The position numbers and the translations under genes were made by a program. DNA of 61,940 nucleotides, counting the filler, from Sphacelaria rigidula (lineage: Eukaryota), in assembly GCA_964200075.2 (NCBI GenBank). It is 7 parts of 7 records of this genome, joined end to end, with 100 filler letters (N's around TTAATTAATTAA, not from the genome) between each part and the next. Parts side by side here need not be neighbours in the genome. Positions count along the whole stretch, not along the records: positions 35,457 to 44,218 come from CAXNAA020010165.1; positions 44,319 to 53,079 come from CAXNAA020010166.1; 5 more parts are not named here. The stretch is one strand, 5' to 3'. Positions 39,199 to 51,196 of the stretch are shown here, piece by piece (within the stretch, counting starts at the first letter, position 1; every line of letters begins with the position of its first letter). The notes below the pieces were generated by a model that was given only the letters and a program-made list of their open reading frames with translations, made no database searches and was not told the DNA's origin.

Positions 39199-40890
39199 AT
39201 GTTGGCGCGGCTGATGGGGCTGCGGCTGCTGATGATGCTGATGTTGGTGCGGCTGATGGAGCTGCGGCTGCTGCTGATGCTGATGATGGCGACGATGGGG
39301 GCGATGATGATCACGATTCTCCTGCCGTGAACTTGTTGGTCTTTTTGCTGTAGAAGATGGGACAACGTTAGTTCCTGTACCCCTGTCGTAATGTCGGCGC
39401 CTGCTGCTGTTGTTTGGGGTTGTAGAGTTGACTCGCTTGTTCCTTTCAAAAGATATCAAATTTCTCTCATTATCCGTACTGATGCATGCAGCTGTCGGCT
39501 TGACCCATGAAGGTTTAGATTTACTGTAGTTTCGACTCTTTCTCATGTTCCCGGCTGAACGGCACACTGTTTTCACTTTTCTGCCGAATACTGTTGGAGG
39601 TGGTTCTGTGATCTTGACGATTCTTGTCGGTTTGATGTCCGGTGGAGACACTGCGGCTGATAATGTTGTGCCCATCCCCGCACATTCTCCGGATATTACC
39701 TTAGTCGTGAGTGCTGACTCGATCCTTTCGTTCAAGGTTTTCGGATTTCGAACAACCTGCATACTCATGAAGTGTAACGTTCCACCACAGCTGCTAATCG
39801 GACTTTCAAATTTTCCGAGGTATACGTAGGACTTGACCCTAAAGACGGTGGACACGCCCTTTGTCACTGCCTCCACGGGAGAGAACAGATGTCTCCCCAG
39901 ACCTGGAACAATCACGGCAGGAAGCTGATCGGAGTGCTGGATTTCTTCAGAATTAATGACAATGGTGTGAATGACGCCTCTTCCCGTACCATGGAGGAGA
40001 TGACGTTCAGGAGTAAAAATACTCCTTCGTGTATCAAGCTCCATGTATTCGATCATTTCTCGTTCAATATTCGGCAACAGCTGATCGTCTAACAAATGTC
40101 TACTTGAGCCACTGTCAATTGCCACATCAGAAAACATTTCGTCGAGTGTACAATGGTTGACAGTGATATTTGCATCTGACAGGAAGGAAAATCCCACGCC
40201 GTTTTATGGCGGACAGGTATCGGTCACTGTTGCTACCGGAGATGTTGAAATTTGTTAGCGATGGTTGTTCGATTGTACGGTCGTGGAAGCTGGATCGGCC
40301 ATGGTAGTATGAGCTTGGCGTTGAAGTCCGTCGAAGTTGCTGCTGCTGTTGCTGCTGCTGCCGTTGTGTTTGTGGTTGCGGTTGTTTTTGTTGTTGTGGT
40401 TGTGATTATTGTTCTCGCTGTCGCGGTTGTTGACGTCGCGGTTGTCGTTGTTGCGTGGGCCAAAACATAACCAATCGTCATGTTGATCAGTGCGGTAAAG
40501 ACCGCACCACTGTACAGGCCTGTTTCCATTACAGTCTCGCATATGATGGACTGGATTCCCACAGGAGTAGCATTTTCAACGAAATTTCGCGGGTTGATTC
40601 GGAGAGGTCGGTATTGATGCCGCATGCATCGATGAATCACGGTCATGGGACCTGCTCGCCGTTACTTTGCGTGCCATTCTATCGGATCCGGATCGCGTTC
40701 GGCGCTGTATTTTTTCCTGTCGTAGTTGCTGGTTGGACCCTCGATTACAATATCAGGCGATCTTTCATCGGAGATCACGGCCTGGATTCGATTTTGAGGT
40801 TCAACATTTGGGGAGATCGAAGCGATCATTTTGTTTTCTTCATTTTGTCCAATACGCTCGGGGTACGCGAGCAGCTTCGGCCACGGCACT
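39037..40890 (-). mobile_element. Copia-type retrotransposon remnant: gag, zinc knuckles and aspartic protease, no integrase/RT seen
   Basis: Gag-like ISDERSPDIVIEGPTSNYDRKKYSAERDPD; knuckle CYSCGNPVHHMRDC (40572-40531); variant knuckle WCGLYRTDQHDDWLC; protease IDSGSSRH...GTGRG...IVPGLGRHLFS in ORF 40197-39037. Confidence 0.85.
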
Positions 40891-41259
40891 TGTGCCAGGG
40901 GCTTTTATACCGCAGCCCAAGCATGATGAGCAGTTCAAAAGAAAAATCACCGTCGCCAGGGTGCGGCGTTATTTGAACAGGACGTACCTCTAAGCGCTAC
41001 GCAACATGTAACAAAGCATGCTGAAAACATACTTCTTTGGACGAGTCATCCAATTTTCGAGCACCTCTTTTTGAGTATCTGGGAGAGACTTTATCCTGTT
41101 GCGCCGGCAACGACCGGCGTCAGCAAGACGATCCAATACGGCGACAGACGCCAGCGATCTTTGAAACGTAGCATCACTCAGCAGTGTGCTGAGATACACT
41201 ATCACCAGAGTACAGCATCACTACAGTACAGTCGTCAGTTGGATAAAATGGATGCCCCA

Positions 41260-41522
41260 TGTAGACTCTAGCCATCATTTGTTACCTATGGTTAGGGATA
41301 TTTGTAGGTGGAGTTGCGGGTCTGATTGCCGAACTCTGTGATGATGACCTCCATGACGAGTAGGCTTGATTTTTGCCACTCTGGTGGAGAGAGGCTATGG
41401 CCATCTTCTCCTGTACTATGCTGAGGGCTAATACATCAATAACTAAAGCTGCTGAAGTCCATGTGCCCGTGATGGGAGGAGTCCACATGGCAATCTGATC
41501 TTGAGTGAGACAGAAGTCTACA
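41260..41522 (-). mobile_element. Probable LTR (263 bp) followed by a PBS-like TGGGGCATCC
   Basis: Termini TGTAGACT...AGTCTACA form a perfect 8-bp inverted repeat; on the minus strand TGG follows immediately. No matching TSD. Confidence 0.6.
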
Positions 41523-41965
41523 ATGAACATTCATTAAGTCCGCTGACTAGCGGTAGGTCCGCTGAAAAGCAGCTGACACTTCAAGATAGGGAAGTCTGCA
41601 GACCTGATCAGTTTGCAGCAAACAAGACCAGCTCAAGGCGTGTTAACGCCGCGAGGAGTTGAAGGAGTAGATCTAAGGAGGTTCTGAGGCAGCGCTGGGG
41701 TGGGCTGTGGTATCGCTCGTGCGAGAGGTGCGGGGGGTTGACCGACAGCTGGCGAGCCCGTGCACGTTCCAGAAAAGCGGCGAAATTACTACCTAGTGGA
41801 GCCAGCGAGAGTTGCTTGTTCCACGCTTGGCCAGGTACGGTCAAGAAGAGGATTCTAAGGACTTCAACACGTGGTGAGAACCGCGTGAGGAAGAGGCGTG
41901 CGTGGTCGTCGTTGTAAGGTGATACAGCGCGTCTCGGTATAAGGAGAGAGCTGTTGTTCCTGTGA

Positions 41966-43197
41966 GTGGGAGGCGACTCCGTTTTTCAAAACGGCGTGTG
42001 GAATGCTGTACCGCTGACCAAAATGTACGAGGTGCAGGAGTATGTCGTGGTGGACGGCCATGTTGTTCGTGCGCCGCAACAATATGTTGTCATCGATGGT
42101 CGCGCTGTCCGTGTACGGTTTTTGAATATGCCCTACTACGGTCAAGTTCTCACGTGAAAAATCTGCTCAGTTTCTGCGGAAGCATGAGGACTACCTTCGT
42201 GAGATGCACGCAACGAACGAGCGTCAAGTACGCTGGCACGTTGTCGAGGAGCCAGCGGTCTCTGAACTCATGCCCGCACATATCGAGGACTGTCTATGTG
42301 ACACATTTTTGGATGGTGCGAATGATGTTGGGCAAGATAAATTGCTCTTTGCGCTACGCAAGCATGCATCTTATGCATCGCCGAGTGTGGTGCAAGATAG
42401 TGTGAAGGTCGGCGGCGGTGGAGACAGGCACGACATTTTGACGGGCAAGAAGGCGACACAACATAGGCCTGTCCGAGTGCGCAGGCACGAGAGTGCTAGA
42501 GGCGTTGCCGCTATTGCCGTCAAGGAGCAAGCCGGACAGAAGGTGGCGGCTGTAGCGAGTATGGGTGATACTGCTGCTACTACTGGCAATGCTGAGAGAG
42601 CGGGGCCTATATGGGCCAATGAGCAAGTACTGGTGGGCGGAGGTCGCAGTTGCTTGTTGCCGTCGGACCAGCGCGTAGCTGTAGATACTCCTTGCATGCT
42701 CAAAGCTGCAGGGGGTGTTATACCGTATGGCGAGCGAACAGGATGAGCAAGGAGCTTGCCGTGCTCATGATGAATCTATCTGCGCCAGTGCCATGGCGGG
42801 AGATCGTTCAGATGATCCGCAGGGGTGTCTGCTTGAAGGACAGGTGGATGCCGGGGTGGCGGAATTGCCTCCGGAGCAGCGCGTAGCTGTGGACACGCCT
42901 TGCATGATCGAAACAACAGGGGCGTGTGATCCGCGTGAAGCGGGTACGCAGAGCGAGCTGCAAGCTCGTGATGCTGTTAGCGATCACAATTCTGGCGGCG
43001 ACGACAAGCGTCGCGTGGTGTTGGGGTGGTCGTGTGCATTGCTGTTTACATGGACAGCTTTGGCGTTTTTGGCGGCGATGGCGGAGGCGTCTCCACTGTT
43101 GCGCCGCGGGGTGTTTGAAGAGGATAGTGTGCCATCAGGAGGTGTTGCTGTTCGAGACTGTGAGCTGTTCCCGTTTCGCCTCTTGTTTCCTCTGTAA
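41966..43197 (+). pseudogene. Frameshifted gag-like ORF remnant, possibly Gypsy-type
   Basis: Overlapping ORFs; PTTVKFSREKSAQFLRKHEDYLREM...CLCDTF resembles stramenopile Gypsy gag N-termini (recalled). Internal peptide repeat LPxxQRVAVDTPCM occurs twice. Confidence 0.45.
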
Positions 43198-44218
43198 AAG
43201 TGACTGAAGCACAGGTGTTCAGTACTGCCCAAGTATCTGTCGAGGCAGATGATCTGTCGCACTGGTTTGGCGGTGCGAATATACCTTTTAGAGGCGTGTT
43301 GAGCTACACCATGGGTGCCAGGTGTTGCTAGACTGCATGTGCAAGGAGGGAGTGTCCGAGAGGAAAGACTGCTCCACGCTGTGCACTGGGTTGTGGTTCG
43401 AGTGCTGCTGTTTCTCAGGAGCGGGTTGGAGGACTACAAAAAAGGCAGTATCTGAGGTGTTTGCTGTTGTGGTGAGCGCCGAGTTGGGTGATGATGTTGA
43501 CGAGCGAGTGCTGAGGTGATTGCGTGCGTGTTGAGAATGAGGAGACACATCATGACTGGTATTCACGAATCTTTTTGAGAATGATTTCAGCTTGTTATTG
43601 TGTGGTTTGTGGTCATGCTTGCGCATAAATATGGTTGTTAAGCGAGTATGATCGTATCGCGTGTGCAGGGTAAAACTCTAGGGTACACGTGGATATTTGG
43701 CATGTATGTGTGTGTTGTGCTGATGTGGTTGGCACGGACGATGCATGGCGTTTGCTGCGAGGAACGTGGCATTACATGTGCTGAGTGAAATATTGGTATG
43801 CATGTGCGGATTTTCATACGCTGAGTGAAAATTTGGCAGGCATGTGCGAATTTTGCTCTAATGGTACTGATATGAATAATATCTGGTGACAACCTAGGAT
43901 GGGGCAGTTTTCAATATACTGCTGTATGCTAAATGAAGAGAAGCTCGTATAATCTTGTTCGCGCAGGAACACAGTCGAATTATATTTTTGCGGTTTGCAC
44001 GTACTGACTGCAGGATATACGGATTGCTGCTGTTCGCTCGAAAATGAGCAAACAACTACGAAATGCGTAGGCTCGTACCGACTGTAGGAGACGGTGACAT
44101 CTGCTGTCAGCGTGAAAATGAGCTGAAAGATACGGAATGCGTAGGCTCTAAAGCCTCTGCCAGACGATCTGGACAAGAGGGCTATTCAGTGAGGGACTTC
44201 TCCAGAATCCACTGGCCT

Positions 44219-44318
44219 NNNNNNNNNNNNNNNNNNNNNNNNNNNNNNNNNNNNNNNNNNNNTTAATTAATTAANNNNNNNNNNNNNNNNNNNNNNNNNN
44301 NNNNNNNNNNNNNNNNNN
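44219..44318. other. Artificial contig linker
   Basis: N44-TTAATTAATTAA-N44. Confidence 0.97.
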
Positions 44319-44367
44319 GGGTGGGTGTGGGGGGGGGGGGGGGTGGGAGGGTGGGGGAAGGGGGGGT

Positions 44368-44400
<33 letters not shown>

Positions 44401-44954
44401 CTCATTTTTTTGCTTGCCTTGGCCTTTTTACCGCTGACCACGCATCCATTTTGAGACAGAGAACCATTCCTACTCCTAATAGATATAGCTCTAACTTTTG
44501 GGCACGCATCACGCTTCTTCCATATACTACACCAAACCCTCCACATATCTTATCCCCTTCCTGTTTCGCCGTCTGTTGCCACCATCTATCTCCTGGTACG
44601 AGCTGGGCCAGCCTAGAGACGGATTTGAAGTTGGCAGGCCCATGCGCCGGCCGATATTTAGAGTTGGAGCGTAAGGCATAACATATATACTAAAGCACTG
44701 TTTTTTTTTTTTTTCATGAGTTAAGGGCATTTTACTGATCCCTGAAAACCTATGAAGGAGGAGTACGTGTTTTCAATCAGTGATGGGTACATGAACCACG
44801 GCTCGTATATGCTTTCCAAATCTCGGTCGTATTACACAACGTGTACATATTGCCAGTTCGTGAATCGTCCGGGATGACCCGACCGTACACGATTTGCCCT
44901 CGAACGTTCATGGGGAGTCAACTCGTATTAATCCTGATTTGTCCTAACCGTGAA

Positions 44955-45072
44955 CCCTCTGGGGACTCATTGGCGATTTTTGTTTTTGTGAATCGGCATC
45001 ATCTTGACTTGAAAATGACTGAAAATGATGCTGACTCACAAAACCAAGAATCGTCCATGGGTTCCAAAAGGG
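44955..45072. mobile_element. piggyBac-type MITE, same family as 22527-22654
   Basis: TGAA|CCCTCTGGGGAC...GTTCCAAAAGGG|TTAA with internal GTGAATCGGCATCAT...AAAATGATGCTGACTCAC. Confidence 0.75.
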
Positions 45073-46077
45073 TTAACTCATGAAGAAAAAAAAATGGTGC
45101 ATTAGTAAAAAAAATGACGCCCTGTGCATTGTCCATACCAATTTTTACACTCCAACTCTAATATTTGGCCGGCGGATTCGCCTTTTAAAAACCGGATCAG
45201 TAAAAATTTGGAACAGTATCTCGCACGCCACTCACCGGCCCACGTTTGGTTTTTGTGTATTGAAATCTTGTGTGGGTCCTCGCTAGGACATATTACAGTT
45301 AACGAAACTCAGTGGCCAGGTTGATTATCTTCATTTTTCGCTGGTTTAGGGCGTTCTAGTATGGTAACGGCCATTTTTTCACGAAAACGCCCTAACCTCT
45401 ATGAAGAATAGAGAGGCCCATTTTTTTTCGGTACACCTTCGTGGTTCTCCATGCTAAGGTTCAAATCACAATCCCGGAAATTGAGCTAAAAAGTTGAGAT
45501 GAGGCCCAAGAGCAATGTTCATTTCTCCTCAAAAGTACACTAAAAACGCGGGAAAAAAATGAAAGAAACGAAAAAAAAAAAAAGTAAAAAACTGCTTTTT
45601 TTTTATGATGCACTAGCGGTTCTCCACACGAAATTTCGTAGCACAACTCTCAAAAACTGAGACGCGGTATCCAAAGTTAGGGCATCTGGTGCCTCTGCTC
45701 GTAACCTATTGATTTCAGTATGGAAAATTTTGTGCGCTATATATTGACATAGATTACAAATTAGGCGAAGGTGAGGGTATATATCGTCTCCCCGTGCTCC
45801 AGGGAAGGTCCACAACAAAAATCGTCATCATCCGCTGAATGTAATGTTCGGGGTTTCATATAGATTTTAGTTTGGACGCTATCTCCGTACGGTGTAGGAA
45901 TCACTAGACATGGCGTTTAATCAACGAAAAATATTGGCCCAGATTTTTGAGTAAGTAAATGACCACCTTCCCGTTGATGAGACTGTTAATACGATATGCG
46001 GACCACGGCCCAACTCGTCTGTGTGGATGAGATATTGCTTTGAGAGCTTCAATCCGTTTTTACGCTGGCCCAGCTCA

Positions 46078-46212
46078 TATAGCGATCATTTTCTCGTCAC
46101 TGTCTGATGTACTAAGCGATTTCATGTCGCCTTCTTTTACTTCCCACACTTCCACCTTCAACATGTTCCGTTCCTCCTTGTATAGTTCACATTCTACCAC
46201 TATACGAGTTTC
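46078..46212 (-). mobile_element. LINE ORF2 C-terminal fragment
   Basis: Translates ETRIVVECELYKEERNMLKVEVWEVKEGDMKSLSTSDSDEKMIAI, like the (H)IVxECxxYxxER C-terminal region of non-LTR retrotransposons. Confidence 0.65.
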
Positions 46213-47250
46213 AAATCTCTCGGGGTTTGAGGGGGGGCTAGACTGAGAGATGTGTCACCGCCTGTCGCAAGTTGTGCAATATGCAGCTTCAAAACCAGGC
46301 CCGAGAGTAAATGATTCCTCTGTTGGCCGTACGTCTTTGCTTTGGCGCTGCCGTGTCTCCCGTCTTGATTGTTTTTGTTTTTGTCGTTCTTGCTCGCTGA
46401 GCACTAGCATTTATGGTGCACAACTATTCACGGCAGTGTAGTATCGTATATCTGCTAGTTTTCCTGGATGTTTGCATGTGCTGCAACTACCTGCATAGTC
46501 AATGAACTTACGCAATAGCACATGCCTTTGTATGAGGGGGGGTCGCCATTCGATTGTTTTCTTCGTACATAGGACGTTGTTCCGGAACGCCTTCATGGCC
46601 TTGTCACTTACAAAGGAAAAGAACTGAGACAGGTTCGACGACGGCCCTCCGGTGAAGAAAGAGGTGTCTTGTGGAGATCGCGGGCATTGTTGGGCTATGA
46701 AAGCCCTTTTCAGTAGAGCGGCGGTAGAATTCAAGAGGGATATAGAGCGGGCACACACGGTGAAGGACCTGAAAGCGCCTGACTGCAAAGTACCTGTGGT
46801 TCATTGGTCAACCCCAAGCAGAAATAAAATTAACGCCAACTACTAAGCAGGAAGCGCTAGTTGAAGAACTCTCGAATAGTTTTTCATTTTTTCAAGGAGC
46901 AGAGGCGAAGGACGCAGCACTCGCGACGTCCGCTACGAATGCCCCCATCTGTCATGGTTTCGCCATACTTGCAATATGTACAAATATGTATACTTTCCAA
47001 ATGTTCTACTTGCCTTGACTGTGAAGTATTTGGGCATCCATCTCGCAGTAGCTCCATTGTGTAGTCGAAGTACGAATCAAGCCAAAGTGACTCTTTGATA
47101 CGAACGGGACACATGGGAACTCTATCTTCACTGCCCCCGCATTACGCAAGTAACAACGACACCATCAGAGACGACTGTGCAAGCTCCCCCTATAAGATCC
47201 ATGCGCCATTCTCACCCGGATCCCTCCGCACCCCACGCCTATTTCCGCAG

Positions 47251-50200
47251 GAGCTAAGAAGGGAGCTAGGGGGTCAAGGTCTCGATGAATCCCGTGTGTG
47301 GGACTTCGTGCGCCACAACCGGGACGGTTTGCTTCTCCCCGCTTCCCTTCCCTCATCGTACCTAGCAACAGGCCTATACTTTCCTGGGCTCGAGGCTAGA
47401 CCGTGGTGGGATAGGTAGGTGACCCCCCTTGAGGGTCTGAGCCTGTTGTTATTGTTGCAGCTGCTGCTATTAATGCGGTAGTATTGTCGTGTTTTTCTGT
47501 ATGCAGATTCGTAATGCTGCGCTACCGAAATAGTGGAGCTCCCCAATTTTCAGAAGCACGGATATACAACAAGCCACAAACCGAGCGCAAGAAATCCTCA
47601 GTAAATCAAATACCGTCATCACCATTACAGTGCGGCTGGGCCGAAGGGGATTGTTACTCCCTCCGGCTCCGCGCAAGGGAGGCGAGTTCGAGGTCAAGGT
47701 ATCATCCTATCCTACATACCAAAAGTGGAGACAGGGCGAGGAAGAAGGAGATCGCAAAGGAGGGGGGTGGCATCGTTTAGCGAACGCAGCAGTACTCTCC
47801 CGAAAACGGATAGGTATGAAGCCGCAGAAATTGAGATCGTCGACGAGGACGATGGTGGCATCGAGCATTACGACCGGGTAAAAGGTGGGAAACGGTGCCA
47901 GAGGAAATGGGAATTGTATACACAGATTATGTGTATATTGAGACCTCGACGGTACAAATTGTCAACGTTTGAGAAGCGGCAGAAGAGACAAGCACATGCA
48001 TGTAAAAACTATCATGCTTGAAGTAAGCAGGATACCAATTCAACGGATCAATCGAAGGGGATTCGCGTACGGAGGGCTAGATCATACTCGTATTATTGAT
48101 TGATTTTCATTGATTGTCGCACATTGACTGATCCCCCAGGGATCCAGCGGTGGTCACACTGGTCACGTGACAGACGTACAGTACCCGAGATAAAGAAAAG
48201 AGCAAACACTCGCTGAAGCAAAGTGAAGAAACCAGAAAGGTGGACTAGACGCGAAGGGTAGATTACAAAAAAACAATAAATCAGAAACAACACAAAACGA
48301 AACAAGGACAAAATAAAGGCAACACAAAAAGAAGAAAAACATAGATGTGAAGAGATTTCTGACGCATTTTTTTTCGTTTTTGCGTCGCGTTTCGAAGGCA
48401 CATACGGTGTGGTACAGAGCAGAAACAATACTTGATGCACACGATCGATGGTAATGAAGGATTGGCTGAGTTCGATGGAAATCTGAGGATTTCATCTATT
48501 CCATTATAGAAGTCCCTGCGTTTCTCCAATAATCGCTGTACTCATGGCGAATAAACCACTATTGAAAAGCATCCCGAGGCAGTAGTGTAGCACACTGTTC
48601 GCGGTGATGTATCACGGAAGGTAGCACATGGGTTTTACTATAGTGTGCGACACACAAGAAGCGTTCTTACAGATACTTTTTTGTTTCTATCACGAATCCC
48701 CAGCCTAGGCGGGTGCTGTACCGCCGAGGGGTATTCGTGGCCGTGCCTACCGTCGAATCGAGATCAGAAAAAAAACGCGTTTCTCAAGACCTACTATCAT
48801 TCCAACACTCGCTCAACTTTCAGGTCAAGGTAGGGTGAAAAGTGGAGCGATTTCCGAGGTCCACTATCATGCTTCACAGGGTAAGACCCACTTTTATGGC
48901 AACGAGTCCCGATTTTTACAAATATAAGGATTTCAGCCCATGTACAGGCGATTTTCTCCCGTGGATTGATTTTTCGGACCCCAGTCCGTTTGACAATATT
49001 TTTTGNNNNNNNNNNCCGTTGGACAATGTTTTTCGGCTAGCTGTGAGCAAACCAGATCATTTCTCCGATTCTATGGACGTTGGCTTTTGGTTATCACATT
49101 TCTGCCCAAATCGGGACACTCCCGCATCTCAACAGAACGGTGATGTATCGAAAGTCCACGCCCAGAAAATCGTAGAATTGATCTGGTTTGCTCACAGCTA
49201 GTCGAAAAACATTGCCCAACGGACTGGGGTGCGAAAAATCAATCCACGGGAGAAAATCGCCTGTAGACGGGCTGAAATCCTTCTATTTGTAAAAATCGGG
49301 ATTCGTTGCCATAAAAGGGGGTCTAATAATTCATCCGGGTTGTGAGCTAGGTAGTTAGTGCTCAGCAGCTGGGAAGACATATTTCCAAGAATTTGCTTCA
49401 GCTTGTCATGTGGCAGCTTCAGTGCGTGCACGTAAATGTTGGCCGAAAGATGCTTGAGGTAGCAACAGCGACACCCTGCAGGCGAGAACGCTGGAGCGTA
49501 TATCGAACACGTTTTCGTGGATGGGTTACGGCATGTGAGACGAACACGATGTTAGCCCCCCATCCCCGCGCTATCGCCCCCCTGGGAGGTGCTGAAAATG
49601 CATCATGAGCTCTACCTATTGTACAATCCTGATCACCCCCTGTTCTTTGGTCTGTTAGACGCGTGGAAAATGTAGCGGCCGCCTTGCACTACAAGCGTTT
49701 ACTCATTTTCCTATAGTTGGACGGTGAATTCCGCTGCGGGGTCGTCGAATCCCGAGGTTCGAGCAAATGGGGGATGTCGACGTTACAGTTCGAATTACCA
49801 GCGTATGTTGGTAAAATGTGCACATCACAAGCATTGGGGCGGATCGATACGAAACGCCTAAATTAAACATTTCCCCCGGCAAAAGGATAGAGGGCATTTC
49901 CAGCAAAGCTGCAGTCTTCACGGTGTGCTGCAGTAAAGTACGCCCCGCCATTTACTGCTGACCTGTCAAATAGCCTTAGTTCACCACCTGCCTCAGTGCC
50001 TACGGTAAAGACTCATATCGCATGTGCTGAAACTGAACAGATTCTGATGGGCCACAGCACAACGCGACTCCCTTGAGCTCAACGAAATATTGACATGTCG
50101 CGCGCGTCAACGATAACACAACGAAAATTAGATCATATTTTCCGTGGATTGAAGCGCTGGAGTGCGCGACGCCTGACATCACAAACGAGATGGCTGCCCT

Positions 50201-51196
50201 GCTGCGCGAGAGCGGTGGGAAAATATATGCGGCGGGCACCGGAGAGATGAGCACGGTGTACGATTCAACGAAGGGGTGGGGGACGATGAGGTTCCGATAC
50301 ATGGGGAGGTATGTAGAAGTTCGCCGTTTTCGCGGCATTGCGGTGAAAGGGTCGTCATCTGTCGGGAAGGTTCAAACGTTGGGGCACACTGCAGTTCTGA
50401 CTCTTGTGTTCCTCATCTTTCTTGATCGATACTTGTTCCCACTTGAATTACTCCAATCTGGTACAGGTACGACCAGCCGGGCATCGATTATTCGCTACTG
50501 TCGCGCACACTATCTGTCCTGCGTAAGCTGCCATTGGCACCGGAAACTGCGGCGTTTCAACGACAGCTGCCGGGCACAGGATTACCGTTGCACGTGGATC
50601 CAAGCAATTTTGTGCTGGGATTACACTTGGGTGTGGTGATTCCTGACATGGGCAAAAATAGATATACAGACGCCGTAGCTACCAAGGAGACTACCACAAA
50701 GCGAAGGATCTCCGGCTCCAGCGGCGATCGCTCGGAAGATCACCAGAAAGAAACAAAGGAGGGGCGGATACGGAACAAAACCCTCAGTGGTGCTGATCGA
50801 GGGTTTGATGAGCGAAGGTTCGGCACGTCCTCGTTGCTAAGCGGTACGGATGGCCTGAATTCGATGTGCCCCGGCCAATCTGATGAGCAGACGTCGGATG
50901 TATTGGAGGATGATTTCCGAAGTACTGAAGGCGGGCTGTCAAGCGAAGGGCACGGGGGTGAGCGAGAGCGAGCTTGGATAGAGGTCGCCGGGGAAAAAAG
51001 AGAGTGGGACACAGGGAGGGCTTTCGTGTTTGATCCTTCGTTCTTGCATCGTACGCACAACCCTACCTCAGAGGAGCGGGTAATCCTGAATGTAGATATT
51101 TGGCACCCTGGGCTGGCAGATGTAGAAATTCGTGCAATCGAAATGGTGTGCGAGTTCGTCGAGCAATGGAACGCACGAACTGGCATATTTGCGTGA
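47251..51196 (+). CDS. Aspartyl/asparaginyl beta-hydroxylase (AspH/LpxO) family Fe(II)/2OG dioxygenase, 5'-partial (exons 47251-47414, 50132-50308, 50467-51196)
   Basis: Phase-2 junctions join YFPGLEARPWWD-R-SYFPWIEALE...GWGTMRFRYMG-R-YDQPG.... Catalytic-type motifs LPLHVDPSNFVLGLHLGVVIP, EVAGEKREWDTGRAFVFDPSFLH, RVILNVDIWHP. Confidence 0.88.
48885..49323. mobile_element. PIF/Harbinger-type fold-back element in the hydroxylase intron
   Basis: TAA|GACCCACTTTTATGGCAACGA...TCGTTGCCATAAAAGGGGGTC|TAA; inverted arms of roughly 190 bp; contains a 10-N gap at 49006-49015. Confidence 0.85.

Noticed and set aside
43262..43300. FGGANIPFRG resembling a Pif1/Helitron helicase motif
   Set aside because: Lacks GDxxQLPPV and the other helicase motifs.
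46571..46789. Open-looking frame with an in-frame TGA (KEKN*DRFDDG...CGDRGHCW) upstream of the hydroxylase: possible selenocysteine exon
   Set aside because: No homology to a selenoprotein, an alternative CAG acceptor lies just after the TGA, and the region may be TE-derived.
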